This document shows positions 35,991 through 47,844 of a DNA stretch of 64,000 nucleotides, in pieces. The position numbers and the translations under genes are program-made. This DNA is from Squalus acanthias. Its lineage: Eukaryota. The stretch lies in contig CM059431.1 of assembly GCA_030390025.1 (NCBI GenBank), forward strand, positions 140,556,001 to 140,620,000. Direction: 5' to 3'. The notes under the pieces are model-generated. The model had not been told where the DNA came from. It searched no databases and saw only the letters and a program-made list of their open reading frames with translations. The stretch's first letter is position 1. Every line of letters begins with the position of its first letter.

Positions 35991-38509
35991 ACTGTTTATA
36001 CATCGCAGAATGTGCACACACTTCGGTCACATTGAGAAATTAAGTCTTTATGCTTTCATACATCTGAGCTGGCAGCTTTATAACATATTGTCGATGCGCC
36101 ATTTAGTTAAGGAGTGGAGAATGTAGCAGGTTCCCCATGTGCTGGTTCCTCTTGGAAGAGCTTGTGCTCAGGTGGGAATGGAGTCGATTGTGGCATTATT
36201 AGACTCAGTAACTCACCCTCAGCGATCATGTATGAGCATTAAGCACAGGGTAGTGGACCAGAGCGTTGCAGGGACTTACCCTGAGGGTCTTTTTGGTCTG
36301 CGCTTCCTCGAAGGACATTGAGCGAGCATCAGTTACAGTTCTGACACCAGGCGAGTTTTCCGGAATTCTAATTGCATCTAACGCCCTAAAGGACGATGAC
36401 GTTCTGTGAGAGAATTTGCGTTCTGCTTTTGTTGTGAACATTATGCCGCTTCTAGTCTGTGTATTGTTACGTTAACCCTTGAGGAAAATATTGTAATGTA
36501 GACCGTCTATGACTGGCTCACGATGCCCTCTGCAGGAGCACGGTGGAGGTTTTCTGAAGCAGTGAGTGCACCTGTACATGTGCGCGCGCAGAACGACTCT
36601 CAGTGCTGTCTGTGCAAGACACTGTGCAGTAAGGGTGTCTTTCCAGTGCAGACTCACATTCGCGTAGAGTCACTTCCGAATATAGGTAGACTAATAACCA
36701 CAAAGTAAGTGGCTAACACAGGGTGACTGTGAAGTTCATAGTGACCTCGTAGTAAAAGGAAATGCTATAATTGAGATTGATTTCCTCGTACAAGGCGACT
36801 TTCTCTCATGACTGTGATCTCTGTCAGCTCCCATTAGAATTATTGTACTCGCTATTAACAGGTTAAGCGATTGACCCGCAAGATATGAACCTTTCTTTAA
36901 TGCAGACAAAATCGTCAATAATTTTTATACTCAGTTCCTTTTCTGTAAACAGGCACAGTGACAGGAGCTGAAGTAATCACAGTTTGGGGAATTAACATGC
37001 TGGTTACCACGCGCCCTGTGTATGACCACTTTCCAATGAGTTACAATAGAGACGGACCACCTTTGTACAGACCTGTACTGTCACCAATGAAATATGTGGT
37101 CGCTGCCTCGCTTGCTGTTTTTCTTTGCACCCACATCGTTCTTGTAATTTATTGTTTTTATTTTATTTGAAGCAGTATTGATCAAATGATTTGTTCCAGT
37201 GGAGTCCTCTTTATTTGGAGTTATAACGTTTAATAATATCCAAAATCCGGCTCCAGTTCCATGTGAAAATGTAGTTTCTGTTTATTTGTTGGTTAAACAA
37301 CTCTTGTGGTACAGTTGTTGGAAGAAGCAGTTTATTTCTGGCTCACCGCCAGCGGCAGGTACTTCTCAATGCAATGTGTCTGCGCGTGCGCACTTCATGC
37401 AAAAAATAACAAGATGTAGCAACAGAAAAAGTAAGTAAAACACTCAGTCATATCACGAATTTGTCTCTGATAGTTGCTCGGGTTACAGCGAGAGAGAAAC
37501 AATCTCCTTATTAGCATATTTTTTTTAAGTGACGACTAGCTGAGGGTAACTTTATCTTTGAAGGATAGAGTAAATTAGTTATATGTGTTGGCCGCATATT
37601 TAAAATACAATTCATTGTAACAATGGTTAACTCAAATTTTGACTGACTGAAACTTCTGACATTTCCTCCCCCTCCACAGTTCCAGTTAACCTCTCACTTT
37701 TCGCTCTATTAGTGTCGCTTTTTGATATGAAGTTTGACATTTTGGAAATATTAGACCAATCCCTACTGGTGCATATTAAACCTAATATGTTACATTATCT
37801 AGAACTACAGTGTCGTTTCTCGCCATCTAGCATTCTTTCAATACGTTCTGTGTCAATCATATTTGATTGTTCATTGTTCTACTCTTTCTGAATCAAGAGG
37901 GCTGAACCACAACTTCATTATAATATCTCACATTCTGCTCTCTTTCCACGTCAGTGCACCCTGTCGCACTCTCCATGTTTAAGCTTAGAGCTTCGAGAGT
38001 CAGGCGCCCAGATTGAAGACAGCTGCTGATGATTTTATACTGATTGTGTTACATCACTTCATCTTAATCTTTGATTGTGCAATTTAAAGTTGTTTCTTTA
38101 ATTCGTTCAAATTGATCCATAGATCACTGTGTCCTTCATGTACTGTCTGTTCCCATCGCTGGGCCCACCAATCGTCATTCCTTGTCAGTACTGGCTGTAC
38201 CAGCCCCCTTTTCAGCTCAAATGGAGCGTCCAAAATATGTCCAGTGCTGAAACTGCACTAAATCCTCTGATTTTCTCGTCTGTGCCAAGTTCCTATCTTC
38301 CTAACAGTTCTTCTGTCCCCTATAATGCCCAAATAAGTTCTGTCGATGCCTCTCGCTGTCACTTAGCATCTTCCTGGAAATCTCCGTTGCTTCCCTCTAG
38401 TTTAACAATACTACTGATAACTGAAGTTCCCTCCACTGTTTTCCCTCCAAACACATCTGCACGCTTTCTTATATGATGTTTGTCATTCTCCATCCTACCT
38501 ATGTTAGTA

Positions 38510-39400
38510 TATGAACTTAGGAACAGAGGACCGAGAGTAGGCCATTTAGCCCGTCCAGCCTGTTCTACCGTTCAATGAGATCCTGGCTGCTCTGTGACCT
38601 AAATCCATATAAACACCTTTGGCCCATGCCCATTAATAACATAGGTTAACAGAAACCAATCAATCTTATAGTTAAAATTAATAATTGACCCATTGCCATT
38701 TGCGGAAGAGAATTCCAAACTTCTAACGACCTTTCCGTGGAGGGGTTTTTCTAACTTTGCTCCTGAAAGGCATGGCTCTAATTTTTAGACTATGCCCCCA
38801 AGTATCAGACTCCCCATCCAGCGGAAATCGTGTCACTATCTACCCCTTCAGTTCCTCTGAAAATCTTTAAAACATCAATCAAATCACCCCTTAGTCTTCT
38901 AAATGACTGAGACTACATCCATAGTCTGTGTAACCTCTCCTCTTAATGTAACCCTTGGAGTCCAGGTATGATTTCGGTAAATCTAGGCTGCACTCCCTCC
39001 AAGGCCAATATATCCTTCCTAGGTGTGGTGCCCAGAACTGCTCACAGTACTCCAGGTGTGGTCTAACCAGGGCTTTGTATACCTGTAGCATAACTTCTAC
39101 CTCCTTGTACTCTACTCTCTGGATATAAAGGTCAGCATTCAATTAGACTTTTTGATTATTTGTTGTTACTATCCATGTCATGTTAATGATCTTTGTACAT
39201 GGACCACCAAGTGTCTTTGGACCTCCACTGTTTTTATATTTTAAATTTTGAGAATTTATTCTGCTCTATTCATTTTAGGTTCAAAGATGATGACCCCATA
39301 TTTGCCTACATTGAATGCCATTTGCCACCGTTTACCCATTCCCTTAATCTATTAATATCTCTTTGTAACTTTATGCTTCCATCTACACTGCTGACAATGA
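38510..39400 (-). mobile_element. CR1 LINE 3' fragment
   Basis: YKALVRPHLEYCEQFWAPHL in ORF 38891-39142, plus 3' UTR. Confidence 0.85.
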
Positions 39401-40073
39401 TGCGCTGAGAATGGTGGATGGAACAATGTAGAGAGAGCTTTACTCTGTATCTACCCCTGCTGGACCTGACGTGGGAGTGTTTGATGGGCAGTTTAAGTAG
39501 GCTTTATACTGTATGTAACCCATGCTGCACCTGACCTGGGAGTGTTTGATGGGACGGTGTGGAGGTAGATTTACTCTGCATCTATCTCGTGCCGTAACTT
39601 AACTGCGAGTGTTTGATGGGGCAGTTTAGACGGAGCTTTATCTATTATTGCCCATGATTTCACCTCTATTATAGCTCCAATGGACCAACCCATTTCGAGC
39701 CCTGATGACCCCTCCACATTGTCTCTGACGCCCCTCCTGATACAGGGAATAGACTGGTTTTAGAACGCAGAGCAGCTTGTTATATCTTCATCCAAGCACC
39801 ATTACCTCAAACTGCCTCTCACGTCCGAGGCAAGAGCGAGACACACTGCCTGATATTATGCGAGGGAGCATTTGGGGTGTATAAATCAAAACCTGAACAT
39901 TGAATAGTGGGTCTTCATATTTGGAGGATGGAGGGAAATGCTTAAGGGGAAATTTTGCGAAGCGGTGCTTCTTGGGAACGGAGTCGGAGTACTTTGGAAT
40001 AGGGTCGGAGACAGGTCTGAATGTACAACTTGAGTTCATTCTCAGTGAGACTGCACAGCAGGAGAATAGTATT

Positions 40074-40267
40074 GTCATGTGACCCTGTGATACCTCGACT
40101 GGACGCAGCTCCGGCTGCTTTGTGACATTGTTCCTGGCTGCTGTATGATTGGCTCTTGGCTCCATTCTGACGTCACCTGGAGATAGGTTTCCGCCCCTGG
40201 TTATGCACCATCAGTGGTGAGTTACTCTGGGCGGAGCTGGAGTTGGCAGCGGATATTGTGAGTGAGT
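40074..40267 (+). promoter_or_regulatory. Putative Pol II promoter motif cluster
   Basis: E-box GTCATGTGAC (40074), inverted CCAAT (40148), CRE TGACGTCA (40168), GC boxes (40191, 40229), then GTGAGT donor-like sites (40217, 40258). Motif inspection only. Confidence 0.4.
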
Positions 40268-42457
40268 ATAGCCTCATAAATAGGGACAAGGAAAGACAAG
40301 AACAATTTAATATTAAATGAATAATTCAACCAAATGTCATTAATTGTAAATATATTCAAATTAAATATATTCATAGTTGGAAAATTACTCACATTGTATT
40401 CCGATCACAGTTTATGGAATTAATATTAATCATATTTATATTGTTAGTTTCTTGGAGTCAGCAGAATCTCAGGAAGGTGGAGAAAGAGAGAAGTCGAATC
40501 ATCACAACATTACCTGGGACCGGACAAACGTCATTGGGTTCACAGAACATAACTGGAGATATCATGACGCCCAGCTTCAAACACCGGATAATACAGATAA
40601 CTTCAGCAATGATTGGAAGGGTGGGGAACTTAACTGAGAATCCAATCAGTCCAGGATTTTGCCGAGATGAGAGTCGAACCCGGTATCGGCAGCTATTCAA
40701 CATTTGCCACAAGCCTTGGCCTTTGATACAGCAAATTTGACTGGGGATTCACTCGTGTGTGAAACGTGTCCACATCTCACCTGGGAGCGCTTAAGAATTA
40801 CATGAACACTGAATTCTATCCTGTAACCGTACCGTGCTGTGCCTGAGTTGATTTGCTTCATTGGATAGTGTCAGAGGAGGTTACGCTGTATTGAGCAGAT
40901 GCTGTATCTGAGTTGACTGTGCCTGATGAACCAAAATACAGCGAAATTTACACTGTATTTAACCCCTACAGTACCTGCCCTCGGAATATCAGATGGTACA
41001 GTAGAAAGGCAGCTATACTCTGTATTTAACCCGTGCTGTACCTACCCTGGGAGTGTTTGATTGGACATTGTAGCGGGAGCTTTACACTATATATAACCCG
41101 TGCTGTACCTGCTCTGGGAGTGTTTGATGGAACAGTGTAAAGGGAGTTTTACTCTGTATCTCACCCATGCCATACCACAGTGTTGAGAGAACATTACCCT
41201 ATCTCTTACCCGTGGTGTTCCTATCCCGACGATTCAACCGCTTGATACCACTGATGATCCCTCCAATTATTGTCTCTGTTGCTCCTTCTTGTTAAAACGA
41301 AATTCACACTAGGAGCAGAGCCTGGTCATGTGATCCTGGATCATATCGAATGGAAGGGGCTCCGGCTGCTTTGTGACATTATTCCTGGACGCAGTGTGAT
41401 AGGCTACTGTCTCCTTTGTGATGTCACCTAGAGACAGGTTCCTTTCCCTAGTTGTACACCATCAGTGGGATGTCCCTGTGGACGGAGCTGGATTTGGCAG
41501 CAGATATTGTGTGATTGTATTGCCTAGAAATAGGGGAAAACAAAAGTACGATTTAACATTAAATAAGTAATTCAAACACGTTGTAATATTTACAAATTAA
41601 ATATATTAATAATCACAAACACAGTCCCATTGTTTTTCTTTGACAGATTATTTAATCAAGATGAATCATATTTATGTTAAAAGTTTCTTTGATTGATCAG
41701 TAACCTAGGAAGGTGGAGTGAGATAATTCGAATTATCACTACATTAACTGGGACTGGAGAAAGGTCGTTCGGTTGGGTTCAAGACCCCCAGTGTCGAAGA
41801 CCAGAAACGGGAAGCTTCAACAATTATTTGAAATGTCAGGATGTTTACTGATAATCTCTTCAGTCGAGGATTTTGCTGAGGTCAGAGTCTAACAAGCTAT
41901 TGGGAGAAGTTTAGCATCTGGCATCAAACCTGGCCTTTGATGCGTAAATTTGACTGGGAATTCACTGGGATATAAAACTAACCAATATCTCTAGTTATTG
42001 ACCCACTCGCCAGAGGGAATAGTATTTCTGTATCTACTCTATCAAACCTCACATTATCTTGAAAACCTCTATTAGGTCACCTCTTAACTTCCCTGTTCCA
42101 AGGAGAATTGTCCTGACTTTACCAACTTCTCATCATAACTGAAGTCCCTCATCCCTGTTAATATCGTGTTAAAACTCCTCTGTTCCATTTCAAGACCTTT
42201 ATATCATTCCTGAAGTGTGGTGTTGGAATTGTCAACAATGCTCCAGCTGATGCTTTACCAGATTTTTATAAATTTCTAGCATTATCACATTGTTGTTTTA
42301 TTCTATCCCTCTATTTATAAACACAAATAAATCATTTGATTTTTAACAAACTTGTCAAATTATCCTGCCACATTGAAGGATTTGTGTATATGGACATCAA
42401 GGTTTCTCTGATCATTTACAATTTTCAAAATTGTGCCATGTGTAGTATACTGTCTTT

Positions 42458-45400
42458 CATAGAAGCATAGAAGATAGGAGCAGGAGTAGGCCATTCGGCC
42501 CCTCAAGCCTGCTCCGCCATTTAATGAGATCATGGCTGATCATCCAAATTCAGTACCCTGTCCCTGCTTTCTGCCCATATCCCTTGATCCCTTTAGCCTT
42601 AAGAAATATATCTAATTCCTTCTTGAATATATTTAATGAAATGGCCTGAACTACCTTCTGTGTTAGAGAATTCCACAGGTTCACCACTCTCTGGGTGAAG
42701 AAATTCCTCCTGATCTCAGTCCTAAATGGCTTACCCCTTATCCTTAGACTGTGACCCCTAGTTCTGGACTCCCCCGCCACAGGGAACATCCTTCCTGCAT
42801 CTAGTCTGTCTAGTCCTGTTCTAATTTTATAAGTTTCAATGAGATCCCCTCTCATTCTTCGAAACTCTATCAAATATAAGCCTATTCGACCCAATCTCTT
42901 CATACGTCATTCCTGCCATCCCAGGTATCAGTCTGGTAAATCTTCGCTGCACTCCATGGCGAGAACATCATTCCTTAGATAAGGCGACTAAAACTGCACA
43001 CAATACTCAAGGTGTGGTCTCACCAAGGCCTTGTACAACTGCAGCAAGACATCCTTGCTGCTGTACTCGAATCCTCTCGCTATGAAGGCCAACATACCAT
43101 TTGCCTTCTTAACCGCCAGCTGCAGCTGCATGCTTACCTTCAGCGACTGGTGCACAAGGACTCCCAGATCTCGTTGCACTTCTCCTTTTTCCAATCTATT
43201 GCCGTTCAGATAATAATCTGCCTTCCTGTTTTTGCCACCAAAGTGGATAACCTCGCATTTATCCACATTATACTGCATCTGCCATGCATCTGCCCAATCA
43301 CCCAACCTGTCCAAATCATACTGGAGTTTCTCTGCATCCTCCTCACAGCACACACACCCAGCCATCTTTGTGTCGTCTGCAAACTTAGAGACATTACATC
43401 TAGTTCCCTCGTCTAGATCATTAATATATATTGTGAATAGCTGGGGTCCTAGCACCGATCCCTGTGGTACCCCACTAGTCGCTGAATGCCACTCGGAAAA
43501 AGACCCGTCACTTCCAACTCTTTGCTTCCTGTCAGCCAACCAGTTCTCTATCCAAATCAGTACCTCACCCCCAATCCCATGTGATTTAACTTTGCACGCT
43601 AATCTCTAATGCGGGACCTTATCGAAAGCCTTCTGAAAGTCCAAATACACCACATCCACTGTTTCTCCCTTATCTATTCTACCAGTTACAACCTCAAAAA
43701 ATTCCAGTAGATTAGTCAGGCATGATTTCACTTTTGTAATTCCATGTTGACTTTGTCCGATCCTGTCACTGTTTTCCATGTGCTCTGCTATTACATCTTT
43801 TATAATGGATTCTAGCATTTTGCCCACTACCGATGTCAGGCTTACCGATCTATAGTTCCCCGTTTTTTCTCGACCATCTTTTTTAAATAGTGGGGTTGCA
43901 TTAGCTACCCTCCAATCCACGGGAACTGTTCCTGAATTTATAGAATTTTGAAACAATACCAGCAATGCATCTACTATATCTAGGGCCACTTCCTTAAGTA
44001 CCCTAGGATGTAGATTATCAGGCCCTGGGGTTTTATCGGCCTTCAAACCCGTCAATTTTCCTAACACCATTTCCCTACAAATAGTGATTTCATTCAATTC
44101 CTCCCTCTCATGAGACCCTATGTTCCCCGACATCTCTGGGAGTTTATTTGTGTCCTTCTTTGTGAAGACAGAACCAAAGTATGTGTTTAATTCGTCAGCC
44201 ATTTCTTTGTTCCCCATTATAAATTCCACTGATTCTGACTCCAAGGGACCTACGCTTGACTTCACCAATCGTTTTCTCTTCACATATCTATAGAAGCTTT
44301 TACAGTCAGTTTTTATGTTCCCTGAAAGCTTACTCTCATATTCTATTTTCCCCCTCTTAATTAATCCCTTTGTCCTCCTTTGCTGATTTCTAAACTGCTC
44401 CCAATCCTCAGGTTTGCTGCTTTTTCTGGCCAATTTATATGACCTCTCCTTGGATCTTATGCTATCCTTAATTTCCCTTGTTACCCACGGTTGAGTCACC
44501 TTTTTTGTTTTATTTTTATGTCAAACATGGATGACCAAATTCTGTAGTTCATCCATGCAATTTTAAATGTTTGCCATTGCCTATCCACCGGAAACCCTTT
44601 AAGTAACGCTCCCCAATCCACCCTAGCCAACTCGCGCGTCATACCATCATAGTTCCCTTTATTTCAATTCAGGACCCTAGTCTCTGAGTCAACTACTTTA
44701 CTCTCCATCTTAATGAAGAATTCTATCATATTATGATCGCTCCTCCGGAAGGGGCCTCGCACAACAAGATTGCTAATTAATCCTTTCTCATTACATAATA
44801 CCCAGTCTAAGATGGCCTGATCTCCAGTTGGTTCCTCAACATATTGGACCAGGAAACCATCCCGTATACACTCTAGGAATTCCTCCTCCACAGTATTGTT
44901 ACTAATTTGATTATCTCAATCTATATGTAAATTAAATGCACCCTTGATAACTGCTGTGTCCTTATTGCACGCGTCTCTAATTTCCCGTTTAATGCCATCC
45001 CCAACCTAAGCATTACTGTTTTGGGGGTCTGTATACAACTCCCACTAACATTTTCTGCCCCTTGGTATTTCTCAGCTCTACCCATACAGATTCCACATCA
45101 TCAGATCTAATATCCTTCCTTACTATTGTGTTAATCTCCCCTTTAACCAGCAATGCTACCCCACCTCCTTTTCCTTTTTTTCTGTCCTTCCTGATTATTG
45201 AATATTGGATGTTGAATTCCCAGCCTTGGTCACCCTGGAGCCACATCTCCATAATCCCAATTATATCATATCCGTTTACATCTATTTGCACAGCTAATTC
45301 ATCCACCTTATTACGAATGCTCCTCGCATTAATACACAAAGGGCTAAAAATTCAGTATTGCTCCATTTGGGGCGCTAACCTCGCTGGGACGCTACGATTA

Positions 45401-47080
45401 GCGCCCCTTAAAAATTAGCGCCCCCGCGCCGGAACTTCAGTGGTTGCGCCCCAAGAGGGAAGCTGGGCGCTACTGGAAGGACCCCGCATCCCTCTTGGGG
45501 CGCTGCGAGGGAATATCCTGGCGCGACGTGCCGCAGTGCCAGGCGCTGCGGCACGTCGTGCCGCGGTATTGCAGGCCTTCCTCCCCTTCTTAAAGGGGAG
45601 GGGCCCTGCGCAGCGTGAACCGGGGCCCAGCTGGGCCCCCAGGGATCGGGAGTGCCGGCAAAAGAGCCCGGCACTCAAGAGAAGTGCCAGGCTCTTGGAG
45701 CGCAGCCGGCACTTCACGGTGGGGGGGCTTCACGGGGGCCGGGGACAGCAACGGAGGCAGGTGCTGGCAGGCGGCCAGCAACAAAAATGGCCGCCTGCCA
45801 CCTCCCCTTTAAATATCGCCGCCCGGGCAGCACGTACGCCCCCCTGAACCCGTCGCACATAGCGTCTGGCGGTAAATCAGGGGGCGCAACTAAAGATTGT
45901 GGCTGGAGCGCGAGCGGGGTGCTGCGCACGACGATGACGTCATCGGCGGCGGCGCAGCGCCACAGGGCGCTACCGGCTGGTGCTGCCGCTAACCTCCCGC
46001 TGAATTTTGCGGGAGGCGTGGGCGGCGCTGCGCCCGGGCGTTAGCTGCTTTGCGCCCCATTAGCGCCCTCTTAAGGTGCTAACGGGAGGCGCAAGCAGCC
46101 GAATTTTTAGCCCAAAGCCTTCAGGCTTGTTTTTCTTACACTCTTAGTCCTTTTAGAATTATTATCTACTGTAGCACTGTTTGATTTACACCCTTGATTT
46201 CTCTGCTTTCCATTTTATGCTTTTCTCCTTTCTGTCTTTTGCTTATATTCATGCTTCCCTTTCCTCTGTTTCCGTGCAAAGGTTCCTAACCCCCTGCCAT
46301 TTAAGTTTAAACACTTCCCAACAGCACTAGCAAACACTCCCCCTAGGACATCAGTCCCAGTCCTGCCAGGTGCAAACCGTCCAGTTTGTACTGGTCCCGC
46401 CTCCCCCAGAACCGGTTCCAATATCGCCGGAATATGAATCCCTCTCCCTTGCACCATTCCTCTAGCCACGTATTCATCTGAAATATCCTTCTATTTCAAC
46501 TCTGACTAGTACTACCTTTGAGGTCCTATTTTTTAATTTACCTCCTAAGCCCCTATATTCAGCTTTTAGGACATCATCCCGTTTTTTACCTATATCGTTG
46601 GTACCTATATGCACCACGACAACTGGCTGTTCACCCTCCCCCTCCAAAATGCCCTGCAGCCGCTCCGAGACATCCTGGACCCTTGCACCAGGGAGGCAAC
46701 ATACCATCCTGGAGTCTCGTTTGCGGCCGCAGAAACGCCTATCTATTACCCTTACAATAGAATCCCCTATCACTATAGCTCTCCCGCGTACTACTCTGCC
46801 TGGAGGTCACCCATTCCCTTCCTGCCTGTGCAGCCTTTATCTGCGGTGTGACCAACTCCCTAAACGTGCTATCCACGATGTCCTCAGCATCGCGAATGCT
46901 CCAGTATGCATCCATTCGCAGCTCCAGCGCCGCAATGCGGTCTGCCAGTAGCTGCAGCTGGAAACACTTCCCGCGCACCTGGTCAACAGGGACACAGGAA
47001 GTGTCCCTGATTTCCCACATAGTGCAGGAGGAGAATGCACGGGGCTGAGCGGGGCTGCCATGACTTATCCTTTAATTAAT
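42458..47080 (-). mobile_element. Near full-length CR1 LINE: ORF1 (Cys/coiled-coil plus SGNH esterase) and ORF2 (APE endonuclease plus RT), inactivated
   Basis: ORF1 has IGDSIVR and VVHIGTNDIG (46474-46773) and QLQLLADRIAALELRM. ORF2 has CINARSIRNK, VGVVYRPP, ILDWVL..SDHNMI, QHGITKVKSCLTNL, VPQGSVLGP and FADDTK. Several stops and frameshifts; MITE at 45341-46113. Confidence 0.96.
45341..46113. mobile_element. GC-rich Harbinger-type MITE, family B
   Basis: Perfect 13-bp TIRs GGGCTAAAAATTC ... GAATTTTTAGCCC with a 3-bp AAA duplication. Removing it rejoins CR1 ORF2 as SLKALCINARS. Confidence 0.92.
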
Positions 47081-47159
47081 TTAAATTAACTCAAATCAAT
47101 ACCACAAATTACAATTAAATTATATGTTTTACTGAAGGGCCCTTGTATACTTGCAATCC

Positions 47160-47842
47160 CTGAGACAGAGGACAATGTAATTTAGGGGAACACAGTAACT
47201 GTGTAATTAGAGATAGAGGACAGGGTGATTTAGAAGAAAACAGTAACTGTTTAATTAAAGATAGAGGACTGGGTAATTTAGGGGAACACAGTAACTTTGT
47301 AATTAAAGATAGAGGACAGGGTGATTTAGAAGAACACAGTAACTGTTTAATTAAAGATAGAGGACTGTGTAATTTAGGGGAACACAGTAACTGTGTAATT
47401 AGAGATAGAGGACAGGGTAATTTCGGGGAACACAGTAATTGTGTAATTAGAGAGAGAGGACAGGGTAATTTAGGGGAACACAGTAACTGTGTAATTAGAG
47501 ATAGAGGACAGGGTAATTTAGGGGACACATTAACTGTGTAATTAGTGATAGAGGACAGGGTAATTTAGGGGAACACAGTAACTGTGTAATTAGAGATAGA
47601 GGGCAGGGTAATTTAGGGGAACCCAGTAATTGTGTAATTAGAGAGAGAGGCAGGGTAATTTAGAGGAACACAGTAACTGTGTAATTAGAGAGAGAGAACA
47701 GGGTAATGTATAGGAACACAGTAACTGTGTAATTAGAGATAGAGGACAGGGTAATTTAGGGGAACACAGTAACTGTGTAATTAGAGATAGAGGACAGGGT
47801 AATTTAGGGGAACACAGTAACTGTGTAATTAGAGATAGAGGA
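47160..47842. repeat. 48-bp minisatellite, about 14 copies
   Basis: Unit GAGGACAGGGTAATTTAGGGGAACACAGTAACTGTGTAATTAGAGATA. Confidence 0.95.
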
Positions 47843-47844
47843 CT

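Noticed and set aside
36540..36995. V(D)J recombination signal sequences (CACTGTG at 36620, CACAGTG at 36954)
   Set aside because: No nonamer at 12 or 23 bp spacing and no V, D or J coding segment nearby.
45408..46044. GC-rich overlapping ORFs suggesting a gene or CpG-island promoter
   Set aside because: They lie wholly inside the TIR/TSD-bounded MITE, and high GC explains the scarcity of stops.
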